From contig NC_068991.1 in NCBI RefSeq assembly GCF_001194135.2, positions 30,080,856-30,143,684 of the forward strand: a DNA stretch of 62,829 nucleotides, written 5' to 3'. The position numbers and the translations under genes were made by a program. This DNA is from Octopus bimaculoides (lineage: Eukaryota). The notes beneath the pieces were generated by a model that ran no database searches, had not been told where the DNA came from, and saw only the letters and a program-made list of their open reading frames with translations. The stretch's first letter is position 1, and the number at the start of each line of letters is the position of its first letter. Below, piece by piece: positions 50,980-62,829 of the stretch.

Positions 50980-52840
50980 CCGTGTTTCCCCGAAAATAAG
51001 ACACGGCTTATATTAATTTTCACCCCGAAATGATGCACTAAGGCTTATTTTCAGGGGAATTCATGTTTATTTCATGCACCGAAAAACGACATTACGAAAT
51101 AGAAAATTACGAAATTACTAAATAAGCAGAAATTACGAAACATAATCTATATTTACCTGGCCATCTACATGTTCTTTTAATCAGAATCTCATTAACAACA
51201 ATTTATTCAAAAACAGTTGTGTCATCCTCCTCTGGAATCTCATTGTTCTGCAAATCACCGGATTCCAAAATTCATGCAGAGTTTTCGTGTGACTCCATTT
51301 TTTGCAGAACTTTCGTCCCCAATCACTCATATCGAGAAATAAAGGTCTTATTGAATGAGAAGTCCTTGTCCAGATAGCCTGCTCTTAGTGCATTGGCAAC
51401 ACAGCTGTCTGTGATTTTGTTCCATGAATTCGCCACCCAAGTGACGATCTCTTGCAGACTGAGTTTCACAAAATTTCCACGCTGATTTCTCACCATTCTG
51501 TTTTCATTGTAATCTATGAATTCCATGCGTAAATGGTCCTTGAATAGTCTATTTATTGCAATATCAAGAGTATGGAGATAGGCAGTCATTCTTGCAAGAG
51601 TCATGTTTGATCTACTCTTCTTTCTGCAAAGAAGTTCTTCCTGTCTTTTGCGCGGTGCGTGCTGGCTGAATCCCAGACTATCAGACTTCTTTGGCCTCCT
51701 CAAAAAATAAGTGGCAACATGAAATCGATCCACTTCCTTAAAGCTATCTGTGTGCACCATGCCTTGTCAGTTTCCAGAAGACTGATGCCTGAAACGCGTT
51801 CAGTTTTATCCTTCCTGTCTTTAGTGATGATTAGAAGTGGGGCTTTACTTTCATCGAGGTGACTTGTCAAAATACATGTAACACGTGCACTTTCGTAACG
51901 AGTGGAGGGAATGTAGATTGACGACTCACTCCTTTGAGCAATTGTCGATTGAGATCCTTGGCCCATAACTGCTGCTTCATCCATAGCAATTATGCTGGTG
52001 AGACTGTAATTAGAAAAGTCTATCCCATCAACAAAGGACTTAAATTCCAGTTTGAAGACTATTGTCGTCCTCAGAGAAAGTTCATGTTGAAGGAAACCAT
52101 TTAGCCAGTGTTGTGATGCTTTGAATTCTTCAGGAAATATACCAAATTGTGGTGCATTTGCAAGAGTAAATGCCTGATTATCATTCCTGCGAATATCAGT
52201 CAGCAACCTCATTCACAGATGATGTCTTCCAGCTCAGAAAATAGTGGTTGCCGACCTGATCCACATTTGCGCTTCTTTGCATTTCCCTTGTCTACTTGTT
52301 GACTGAGTTTATCGTAGTCTACTCGCCATTTTCGGACTATTCAGAAATCCAAATACTTCTCTTTGCAGAAAACAGTAAGATTCTTGCCCAGTGATTCCTC
52401 CACGATTCCTTTCTTGTACTTGAAGGAATAACTCATTCTTCTTGCTCTCATCTTTTCTTGGAATGAAAATAACCCGACAAATGATTTCCCTTTCAATTTC
52501 CTCGTGTTGTTTCCCTTGACAAAAAATGTGTACTTTATTATGTTTTCATTTACTCACTAGTACTGACCATTGATGAAAATGTTACACGAAACATTTGAAA
52601 GCTCCGAACACGGACTGCCGATTGATGTATAGCTTGTTAATATTTGAGTTACGAAAGGGACACCGAAAAGATATTTTGAACACTGTACATAAGGCATCAA
52701 AGCGGTTTGAATCAATATGAAGACGCAGCTTATTTCTTTCGTTTGTCTGCTGCTCTCAACTAGGGCTTATATCAAGGGAAGAGCTTATATTAAAATCATC
52801 CTGAAAAATCATGCTAGGTCTTATTTTCATGGAAACACGG
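50980..52840 (-). mobile_element. full-length pogo-superfamily DNA transposon (DD35D, POGK/Passer-like), 1861 bp
   Basis: 23-bp TIRs CCGTGTTTCCCCGAAAATAAGAC (50980-51002) and GTCTTATTTTCATGGAAACACGG (52818-52840), 2 mismatches; TA on both sides; repeated subterminal GGCTTAT motifs. Confidence 0.93.
51323..52451 (-). pseudogene. pogo-type transposase (Brinker-like DBD, CENP-B HTH, DDE), disrupted
   Basis: MRARRMSYSFKYKKGIVEE...VRKWR...GSGRQPLFSELEDIICE*; AMDEAAV (D1), VWDSA (D2), HTLDIAINRLFKD (D3). D2-D3 spacing is 35 after correcting a 1-nt deletion. Several stops and frameshifts. Confidence 0.9.
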
Positions 52841-52875
<35 letters not shown>

Positions 52876-53126
52876 NNNNNNNNNNNNNNNNNNNNNNNNN
52901 NNNNNNNNNNNNNNNNNNNNNNNNNNNNNNNNNNNNNNNNNNNNNNNNNNNNNNNNNNNNNNNNNNNNNNNNNNNNNNNNNNNNNNNNNNNNNNNNNNNN
53001 NNNNNNNNNNNNNNNNNNNNNNNNNNNNNNNNNNNNNNNNNNNNNNNNNNNNNNNNNNNNNNNNNNNNNNNNNNNNNNNNNNNNNNNNNNNNNNNNNNNN
53101 NNNNNNNNNNNNNNNNNNNNNNNNNN

Positions 53127-53184
<58 letters not shown>

Positions 53185-53393
53185 CGTGTGTGCGTATGTG
53201 TGTGTGTATTATGACTGCAGCCATATGGCTGAAAAGTATAATGGAATAAACATTTTTATATATGTAGGCATATGTACATACACAAACATTTATATACACA
53301 CGCATATGTACATACATACACACACACACATTCACACACACATATATGTATGAATATATGTATTATGTACGTATGTATGTATGTATATATATA

Positions 53394-53425
<32 letters not shown>

Positions 53426-53435
53426 NNNNNNNNNN

Positions 53436-53485
<50 letters not shown>

Positions 53486-54117
53486 GGAAAAAAATAAGTT
53501 CAAAAAAGAACAATTGAAATTTTTGAGAGGTCCAAAAAGAGTGAAAGAATGATTTCTAATAACGATTCATCATATTCATAAAAAACAGCCAGAGCAAGTA
53601 GTAAGAATACGAAAATAGTATATGACAATGCATAATTATAATTACTATGATTATAATTTTTTCTTACATATTTGTAGTGGCCTTTGAAATGCGCGTATGT
53701 ATTGAATCCTATTTTGTATTAAATCCAATTTTGATACAACATCTTTTTCTTCTCCATTTTTCTATAAATGTTATTGGCATATTTATACCTATAAGGATAT
53801 TCTTCAACTATATATATATATACCGGAGTAAGCACATAAATGCGAAACAAGGTGGAAAAAATAGTACTCGAATACTAGAGGTAGAGTAATATGTTTTATT
53901 GAAAGGCAACAAAAATATATCACAAGAACTGTAACTCGGACAGTTTTGTTTAGAAACTAAACAAAACTCTCCGGCGAACGGGAGTGTGAAAGTCCGAGTA
54001 ACAGTTTTTGTGATATAATTTTGCTGCTTTTCAATAAAGTATATATATATATATATGCATACATACATACATACATACATACATACACGTTGTTGAATAA
54101 GTGCGTGTGTACAAACA

Positions 54118-54278
54118 TGCGCGCAGGCGTGGCTCTGTGGTATGAAGCTTACTTCCCAGCTGCCTGTTTCTGGGTTCAGTCTACTGTATGTCATCTTGGG
54201 TAGATATTGTCAACAATACCTTCGGACCAACCAAAGCGTTGTGAGTGAATTTGGTAGAAGGAATCTCAAAGAAATCCG

Positions 54279-54285
<7 letters not shown>
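54118..54285 (+). mobile_element. SINE family B head, running into (GT)n and a gap
   Basis: GCGCAGGCGTGGCTCTGTGGTATGAAGCTTACTTCCC (A box)...GGGTTCAGTC (B box)...CAAAGCGTTGTGAGTGAATTTGGTAGAAGGAATCTCAAAGAAATCCGTCG(TG)n. Confidence 0.88.
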
Positions 54286-54323
<38 letters not shown>

Positions 54324-55320
54324 NNNNNNNNNNNNNNNNNNNNNNNNNNNNNNNNNNNNNNNNNNNNNNNNNNNNNNNNNNNNNNNNNNNNNNNNNNNNN
54401 NNNNNNNNNNNNNNNNNNNNNNNNNNNNNNNNNNNNNNNNNNNNNNNNNNNNNNNNNNNNNNNNNNNNNNNNNNNNNNNNNNNNNNNNNNNNNNNNNNNN
54501 NNNNNNNNNNNNNNNNNNNNNNNNNNNNNNNNNNNNNNNNNNNNNNNNNNNNNNNNNNNNNNNNNNNNNNNNNNNNNNNNNNNNNNNNNNNNNNNNNNNN
54601 NNNNNNNNNNNNNNNNNNNNNNNNNNNNNNNNNNNNNNNNNNNNNNNNNNNNNNNNNNNNNNNNNNNNNNNNNNNNNNNNNNNNNNNNNNNNNNNNNNNN
54701 NNNNNNNNNNNNNNNNNNNNNNNNNNNNNNNNNNNNNNNNNNNNNNNNNNNNNNNNNNNNNNNNNNNNNNNNNNNNNNNNNNNNNNNNNNNNNNNNNNNN
54801 NNNNNNNNNNNNNNNNNNNNNNNNNNNNNNNNNNNNNNNNNNNNNNNNNNNNNNNNNNNNNNNNNNNNNNNNNNNNNNNNNNNNNNNNNNNNNNNNNNNN
54901 NNNNNNNNNNNNNNNNNNNNNNNNNNNNNNNNNNNNNNNNNNNNNNNNNNNNNNNNNNNNNNNNNNNNNNNNNNNNNNNNNNNNNNNNNNNNNNNNNNNN
55001 NNNNNNNNNNNNNNNNNNNNNNNNNNNNNNNNNNNNNNNNNNNNNNNNNNNNNNNNNNNNNNNNNNNNNNNNNNNNNNNNNNNNNNNNNNNNNNNNNNNN
55101 NNNNNNNNNNNNNNNNNNNNNNNNNNNNNNNNNNNNNNNNNNNNNNNNNNNNNNNNNNNNNNNNNNNNNNNNNNNNNNNNNNNNNNNNNNNNNNNNNNNN
55201 NNNNNNNNNNNNNNNNNNNNNNNNNNNNNNNNNNNNNNNNNNNNNNNNNNNNNNNNNNNNNNNNNNNNNNNNNNNNNNNNNNNNNATATATATATATATA
55301 TATATATACATACATATATG

Positions 55321-55352
<32 letters not shown>

Positions 55353-55884
55353 AGTATATAGCTATGCCTGGAATACGAAAATAAAGTTGGGTACGCAAAG
55401 AACGAGAGGAAAAAAAAAAGAGAAGATAAGTAACATGAAAAACGACCCTTCATCAGTTGTCGGCTGTCCTACTCCTTATTTCGAGCATATACACACATGC
55501 ATATCTGTATGTGTGTATGTATGCATGTATGTATGCATTTGATGAGGAGGGGGAGGGGACGAAGAGGAGGAGGACGACGACGACGTCTAGTACGATGACA
55601 ACGATTATAATAGTGATGATGATAAATATGATAATGGTAAAGGTGAACTAACAATCATCATCTGTAGCTGTAATATTTTGTTTGTCTGCTGTTGTTCACG
55701 TGACCAAATCCAGTGAATACTGATTTCAGTGGTTGCTTCGCTAAACAATAACCATTAATGGCACTACACACAACCCCCCAGTAAATAAACAGGAATTATA
55801 AAACCATATTGTAAGACCAAACTTTCGAAGGATGGTGGCAAGTATATCATATTGCATACAACGTGGTCACCCTCTCTCCCTCCC

Positions 55885-55961
<77 letters not shown>

Positions 55962-56244
55962 AACACACACATACACACTCTGTCAGTCGGTCGTTAACAT
56001 CGTCCATCATAAATAAAATTAACGTCACTTGACACGCCCAGCATCGAACACGAACAAATGGCATCACCGATCAACATCACCAACACCAACACCATCACCA
56101 TGATCACTACAATGATCACCACTACCATCACTCCTACCGCCACTGCCAATGCCACCGCCACCGTTTCCTTCTCGGTCACAACTTTACCGTGAACATTATT
56201 AACACAAGAAAAACAACCACAAAAGAAGAAAACAATTATAGAGA

Positions 56245-56430
56245 AGCTGTGTGGTTGCTAGACCTGCTGGAAATAGCTGTCAAGATACTCAGAACCACAG
56301 CTAACCATCTTTAAATTAGACACATTGCAGTACGTTGAGCAAGATAGAAAATGTTAGATAAAAGCATTATGGATGTCGACGCCTGCAATGTGTTTCCTCA
56401 AGGGTGACCTGGAGTTAAACAGCAGCAACA
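56245..56430 (+). mobile_element. degenerate interspersed repeat (family D)
   Basis: GACCTGCTGGAAATAGC...GGGTGACCTGGAGTTAAACAGCAGCAAC; related to 9120-9390. Confidence 0.45.
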
Positions 56431-56721
56431 ACAACTGCAGCGACACCATAATCATCGATAACAATAGCAATAAAAGTATCCTCCACCACCACCACCACCA
56501 CAACAACAAAAAACAATCGTAGCGTCAACAGCAACAACATCACCAACGGTAATGGCAACAAAATCAAACATAATCACACTACAAAGGGAGGTAACCATTC
56601 ACTCGTTCATTACTAATTATGTCACACCATACACAAATATCATTTCATTTATCTTTCCGCTATAGTGGACATCCAAATGTCGACGCACGTGCGGTCATGA
56701 TGGTATACGCACGCAGGCAAG

Positions 56722-56777
<56 letters not shown>

Positions 56778-56838
56778 NNNNNNNNNNNNNNNNNNNNNNN
56801 NNNNNNNNNNNNNNNNNNNNNNNNNNNNNNNNNNNNNG

Positions 56839-56871
<33 letters not shown>

Positions 56872-57121
56872 ACACACACACACACACACACACATTCTAG
56901 TAAGCACGAATGCACTGATAAAAAGATAAATATACATTCACAGTCATGCACATATTCACACATGTAGACAGACTCAATTCCACCAGCAAAGATACATACA
57001 AGCATACACAGATGTGCATACATACACACAAATACACACAAACACACAGGGTATACATAGTGTATATATACACATACATACGCACATTTATATATATACA
57101 GACATAGTGTATATATATATC

Positions 57122-57240
57122 TTTCACTTTCTGTCGAAGAGCGGAGGCTCGAAACGTCTAATACTTACATTTTTCCCGAGCGTCAAACTAATTCATCTGT
57201 TTCTTTTCCCTAACTTATCTCTGTCTATTGTTTCCTGTAC
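57122..57240 (+). mobile_element. hammerhead-like repeat family copy (motif 57127-57162)
   Basis: CTTT-CTGTCGA-A-GAGC(GGAG)GCTC-GAAA-CG-TC-TAAT, then TTCCCGAGCGTCAAACTAAT. Confidence 0.75.
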
Positions 57241-57601
57241 ATTTGAACCATATTTGAGTGGTATACACATACAGACTGCCTCAGACGAACGTCCAGCATA
57301 TTTAGTTGGTCTCTCATTAACGCACTATGTCAGATACATACATGTGTCAAGCATACATACTTTAATGCCAGAATATCTGTTTGCGTGTTTGCTTCCAGTG
57401 GCAAAATGTACTGTAGCCAACCCAGGTTAAATGTCTGTTCAGCCGTGTCATGTCTTCAGCGCCAAAACAGCCCTGCTCTAGCATTTCTTGGCTTTTTAAT
57501 TTGGTACTTTCAAATACATATTCTTGATCGCTCTGGGTATAATTTCTCGAGCAATATATTTCATATTAAAAGCTACACACAAGCACACGTACACACCTGC
57601 A

Positions 57602-57643
<42 letters not shown>

Positions 57644-57653
57644 NNNNNNNNNN

Positions 57654-57712
<59 letters not shown>

Positions 57713-58304
57713 ACGTGCGTATGTATGTATGTACACACGTGTGTGTGTGTCTGTCTGTCTGTGCATGCTTATGCGTGCACGCGTGTGTATGTATGTAAGT
57801 CGATCTGGGTGAGATTTCCAGTGAGAATGTTAAGAAATATTTAATTAGGTGTCCCTCTGTAGGTCTTGTTATCAACAACATTAATGTCAAAGCAACCACA
57901 CTGGGAAATAAGTGAAATCCACAAAAACAAAAAGAGGAAGGCCTATTGGCTGCATATTGTTGTCAAGGTCAGTCAAGAAAGGCGGGACTCCTAATCGAAA
58001 GTATCAATGAATAATCAGTGAATAATTTATCCAAATAGGCTTATCTAGAAATGGAAGTAATTTTAATATGGGGTCTCAAAATGGAAATAATGCCTACAAC
58101 AACGGATACCTGGGGAATGGTTAAAAGATACTGACAAATACATAAAGCGTAACACGGAGAGTTACGAATCTATGCAACATAAAAGCAAATGGTATGAGAC
58201 ATTGTAAATTTGTTACGTAGAACACTTCCGATGCAACGGAAAATAGGAATCGGAACCAAAATGAGTTCATCATATCTGCAATGAATGCACGTAATAAAAA
58301 TATA

Positions 58305-58348
58305 GCCAATGAATGATGATGATGATGATGATGATGATGTTGGTGGTG

Positions 58349-58380
<32 letters not shown>

Positions 58381-58498
58381 GTTGGTGGTGGTGGTGGTGG
58401 TGTTTGTTGTGGTGTTTGTGGTGGTGGTGGTGGTGATGATGATGGTGATGATAATGATGATGAGGAGGATAATAATAATGATAATGATAATAATAATG

Positions 58499-58564
<66 letters not shown>

Positions 58565-58565
58565 G
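58305..58565. repeat. compound (GAT)n/(GGT)n/(AAT)n array
   Basis: Ends in about 22 AAT units immediately before the R4/Dong fragment. Confidence 0.95.
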
Positions 58566-59010
58566 CAACAACATACAAAAATCGCCACGATAGGGTAGGA
58601 CAGTATTTACATTGGAAAATAAGCAAACACTACAAAATCAACACTCCTACTTACTGGTATGAACATCACTCTGAGCCAGTCGTTGAAGGTAAAAATGTCA
58701 CTATCCTCTGGGCTTTTGCAGTCAACACCGACAGAACGATCCAGGCTAATCGACCAGACATAATTATTAAAGACAGGGAAGAAAATACTTGTAGACTAAT
58801 AGATGTAATTGTTCCCACTGATAAAAATATATCTATAAAGGAATTTGACAAATTAAGTAAATATAAGGACCTGGAAATTAAAAAGATGATGTGACATCTT
58901 AAAGCGAAAACTGTTCCTGTTTATGTGGGTGCCCTAGGTATGATAGGAAAAGGATGTGAGAAACATCTAGATAATATCTCAGAAGAACCCATGTCTCAGA
59001 GAAATCCAAG
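58566..59010 (+). mobile_element. R4/Dong-clade non-LTR retrotransposon fragment (restriction-like endonuclease)
   Basis: YKNRHDRVGQYLHWKISKHY...WYEHHSEPVVE...NTDRTIQANRPDIIIKD...LIDVIVPTDKNISIKEFDKLSKYKDLEIK..*..KTVPVYVGALGMIGKG. Confidence 0.93.
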
Positions 59011-59754
59011 AGAAAAAAAATGAAGGGAAAGACAAAGTAAATGATCGTAATCCTGCCGATAACTATTGGAGGCTTTGGAACAGTGACAAAAAAAAAATCT
59101 GAAAACAAACTTCGGAAAACTTGATCTTTATCTGGTGGGCGGGACCAGTGTAGAAAATATGTTTAGTAGGTTCAGTAAAAGTTATCCTGAAAGTCTTTAA
59201 CATAGAGGGGGAAAACAGATATGAAGAGCAGAAAAGACTTTTATACAAACAGCACAAAATGCTAAGCACCATTCGCATGAAATAACAAATCATATTGACG
59301 ATGATGATGATGAAGAGGAGGAGGAGAAGAGGAAGAGGGGGAGAGGGGGATAGTGCTGACGGTGATGATGATGATGATGATGATGTGGAAGATGAAGAGC
59401 AGAAGGAGGAGCAAGATTTGGTTGGAAGAGACTTGAAACCTAAATAAGAGACAGTTGAATCAATGTGTAAGAATGTGTTTTAACGTTCATACGTTTGTTA
59501 GATACCACCACAAGGTTTTTAACAATTTAAACGAAAGGATAGTGGCTAGGAAATGGAAACCGTGTTGTTAAATCGGCTTCCTCGAATCTTGTGAATTAAT
59601 TTACGGTATGGACAACATTGTTAAAGCGGAGCTTTATAAAAAAAAAAGACTTGCTCAAGGGACATGACACGAAGCCTGTTGAAATTCAGTTCTAATAATT
59701 CATTGTTAATTAAGTCTAGAGTTGCTGTCTTCTTCTTCGTTGCTGTTCTTTATT

Positions 59755-59806
<52 letters not shown>

Positions 59807-59974
59807 TCCTTCTTTCTTTCTTTAAGATTTATTGTAGTTAAGATTTCTATCAAGGGAGATGACTCCATATCTGTAGCTATTCATTTACAACTATGACCAT
59901 TAGCATTAAAAAGATGACATAGATGCAGTGACGGTGGTGTTTGCGGTGATGGTGGTCTTGACAGCAGCAGCAGC

Positions 59975-60019
<45 letters not shown>

Positions 60020-61620
60020 TGTTGTTGTTGTTGTAGTAGTATGTGGGGATGGGTAGAAGGATAGGAAAATGCAGATTAGTCATTCGATGAATGCAGGATG
60101 TGAGTGACGAAAAAGATGCATAATTATGTGCAACTGTGATTCAAGCGTGTGTGTATGTAAGTATACATACATACATACATATATACATACAGACATACAC
60201 ACATACGTGCGGCTGTGTATGCGAGCATCAATATGCAGCGTGATGTGCTAAGCAGGTTTGTATAGTTTAATATGTACGTTCAACGGCTAAATACTTCAGA
60301 CATTGAAATCTATCCGTGTTTCCTTGTAATCTATATCTGCCATTGATCCTCACTCCAGATATTGATGCTGCTTTGCTAAATACAGCCGAATCCTTCCTCG
60401 TATTCCCCCTCCTCTTCCTCCTTTTTATGTTTGATATATCAGTTCAAAATACAACTCCCCTCTCTTTCTCTATATCCGTCTATCATATTTTCCATGCCCC
60501 TTCTCTACTTCCCTCCCTCTTTCCGTCTATCTATCTCTCCATCTCAACCTCTTCCAGTCCAAACCCTAACCCCATCCATCTAGCCCTTTTATTCATATAT
60601 TCTTCTCAAATGTCATGTGATATTGTCTTGTCTCTCTTGGACGAACTTTAAAATTATAGCTGCCGCTGGTGGTTGGTTATACCTATGTTAATGGCTGTTG
60701 TGGATGTCGTTAGGTTTGTATTGATGTTGGGGCTGTTATTGGTGTCACCGCCTTTTGTACTTTTGTTATTGGCGTTGTTACTATTGTTGTTGTGATTTTG
60801 TTATTACTGCAGATGTTATTGTTACTGTTACTACTGCTGCTGTTCTTGTTGTAAGGGCTGCTAACGCTGTTGTGATCGTAATGTTGGTTGATTTGTTTTC
60901 CGCGTTGGTAGTGATGGTGTTAGTAATAGTGATTCCTGTAAAATATGTTGTTAATATTGGTGGTGTCGGTGATCGTGGGGTCGGCTTGGACTTTATTAGT
61001 AGCATCAACTTGGAACTCATTTATAGATTCAGGTTGCAGCCTATTAGTTGAGTCAAGTTGAACCCTATTAGTAGAGTCAAATTTATAAATCACATTATAG
61101 TTGACTAGGACTTAAGGGTTTCACCTTATTGGCTTATTCAAGCACTGAATTTGTTTACAGGGTTTTGTAAGAACTCAGAACTTGAAAAAGAGTATTACAG
61201 TATAAGAAGTATATGTGTCTAAGAAATATATGCACCAACAACCTTTCTGTATGTGAAAACAAATGGATTTCAATTAAGTGCTATAGTATTCAGTAGTGAA
61301 CATAATATTTAAGTTAAATCAGTTGAATTTATTTAAAGGTTAAAAAGTTAGGATAAGAAAAAAAAAGAAACAAAGAAAAGATGAAATAACGAAACAAGAA
61401 CTAAAAGTTTTGTTGAGAAAACGCGAATACGAAGAAAATTGAGAAGAGAAGGAAAACATAACTCAAACATCAAAAGTGTGTATGTATGTATGTATGTATG
61501 TGTGTGTGTATATATGTATGTATGTATGCATGTATGTATATATGCATGTATGCATGTATGTATATATGCATGTATGCATGTATGCGTGTATGTATGCATG
61601 TATGCATGTATGTATGATGC

Positions 61621-61681
<61 letters not shown>

Positions 61682-62829
61682 GTCTATGTTTACAAATGTG
61701 AGAAATAGAACCCAATACTTAAATGAGAGTATAAAAGATGGAATACGTAAGTTCTTGTGTACTTTAGTGTGTGTGTGAGGTGTGTATGATGTGCGTACAT
61801 TAGATGTCAGTGTTGCTTGGATTCTTATTTTCAAATCATTCCTTCTTGTTTCACGCTAATTATTTAGTTTGTATTCTACAGAAAACCCATTCCCTTTCTT
61901 AATACAATTTGTGAATATACGAGTTTCATGTGTAAAAGCAGGCTGAAGTACAACATAGATTAGCGTCCATCTAATACCAACCATACATGAAGTTTCCAAG
62001 GGTCTTCTTCATACCGCTGACGTCAAGCTTCGGCGTTCGTATTGTAGTCACGTGATTACTGGGATTTGTCATCGTCAAGCTAAAAGCATATAATTACATT
62101 TTGTCACGGAAGTTATTAAGCGTTGAACTGTATGTGCTTCCATCCATGTGTATATGTACATATGGGTTATTGTATGTTGTATGTGTGAATGTGTGTGTGA
62201 GCACGCACGTGCGCGTGTGCGTGAGCGCGAGTGTGCATGTGCGCGCGCGTGTGAGTTTTTTTTTGTTTGTATGTGTGTTTTTATTTGTACAAAGAAACAT
62301 ATTCGAACAAACACAGAAGCGCACATCATTGATCCATACACGACACAAACGCACATACATATCCACAGACACATTTACGTAGAAATATACTCACAGACAT
62401 AGACACATGTTACTTATTATACATGTAATATGTATACACACACACACTTGTGTGTGTATATATACATGTGTGTGAATGCATGTGTGTGAATGCATGTGTA
62501 TACATATTACGTATATAATAAGTAAGATGTGTCTATGCCTGTGAGTGTATTTATACGTGTATGTATCTATAGATATATATATATATAAAATTTTGTATAC
62601 TCTTTATGTTGCATGCCTCGTTTCTCTGTTTGTTTTTTTTGTTGTTCGAAAAAAAGTTCGTTTTCTGTTTCGTTTTTATGTTTTCGTTTCTCATTGTGTT
62701 TAACGTTTTGTTTTTGATGTCCTGTACCCATATATGCATGTATGTATGCATATAGATGTAGGCATGTACATATATGTATGGATACATGCATATGTTTATA
62801 TATTATTTATATTATATATATAAATATAT

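Overview
AT-rich, microsatellite-saturated, gap-rich (N-run) eukaryotic DNA. I found no host-gene exon, rRNA, true tRNA or CRISPR array that I can support. The repeat families look like those of an octopus (cephalopod) draft genome; this is inference from recalled repeat motifs, not a database result. Almost every ORF in the supplied track is a translated microsatellite or spans a gap. The recognisable content is mobile DNA. It includes at least four tRNA-derived SINE families and decayed non-LTR retrotransposon fragments (RTE, Tx1/L1-like, three R4/Dong-like copies). It also includes a Penelope-like element (GIY-YIG remnant, inverted pseudo-LTR piece, type I hammerhead ribozyme), a solo LTR, two DD37D (maT-type) mariner fragments, a full-length but dead DD35D pogo element with intact TIRs and TA TSD, and a probable non-autonomous Helitron. 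The most interesting signal is a dispersed ~150-170 bp repeat with five loci in this window, one of them also duplicated across a gap. It carries a minimal type I hammerhead-ribozyme fold with a fixed non-canonical core base (A6 to U). A second pattern is that each transposon class sits in its own microsatellite type. Coordinates were counted by hand; element boundaries are approximate unless TIR/TSD positions are given.
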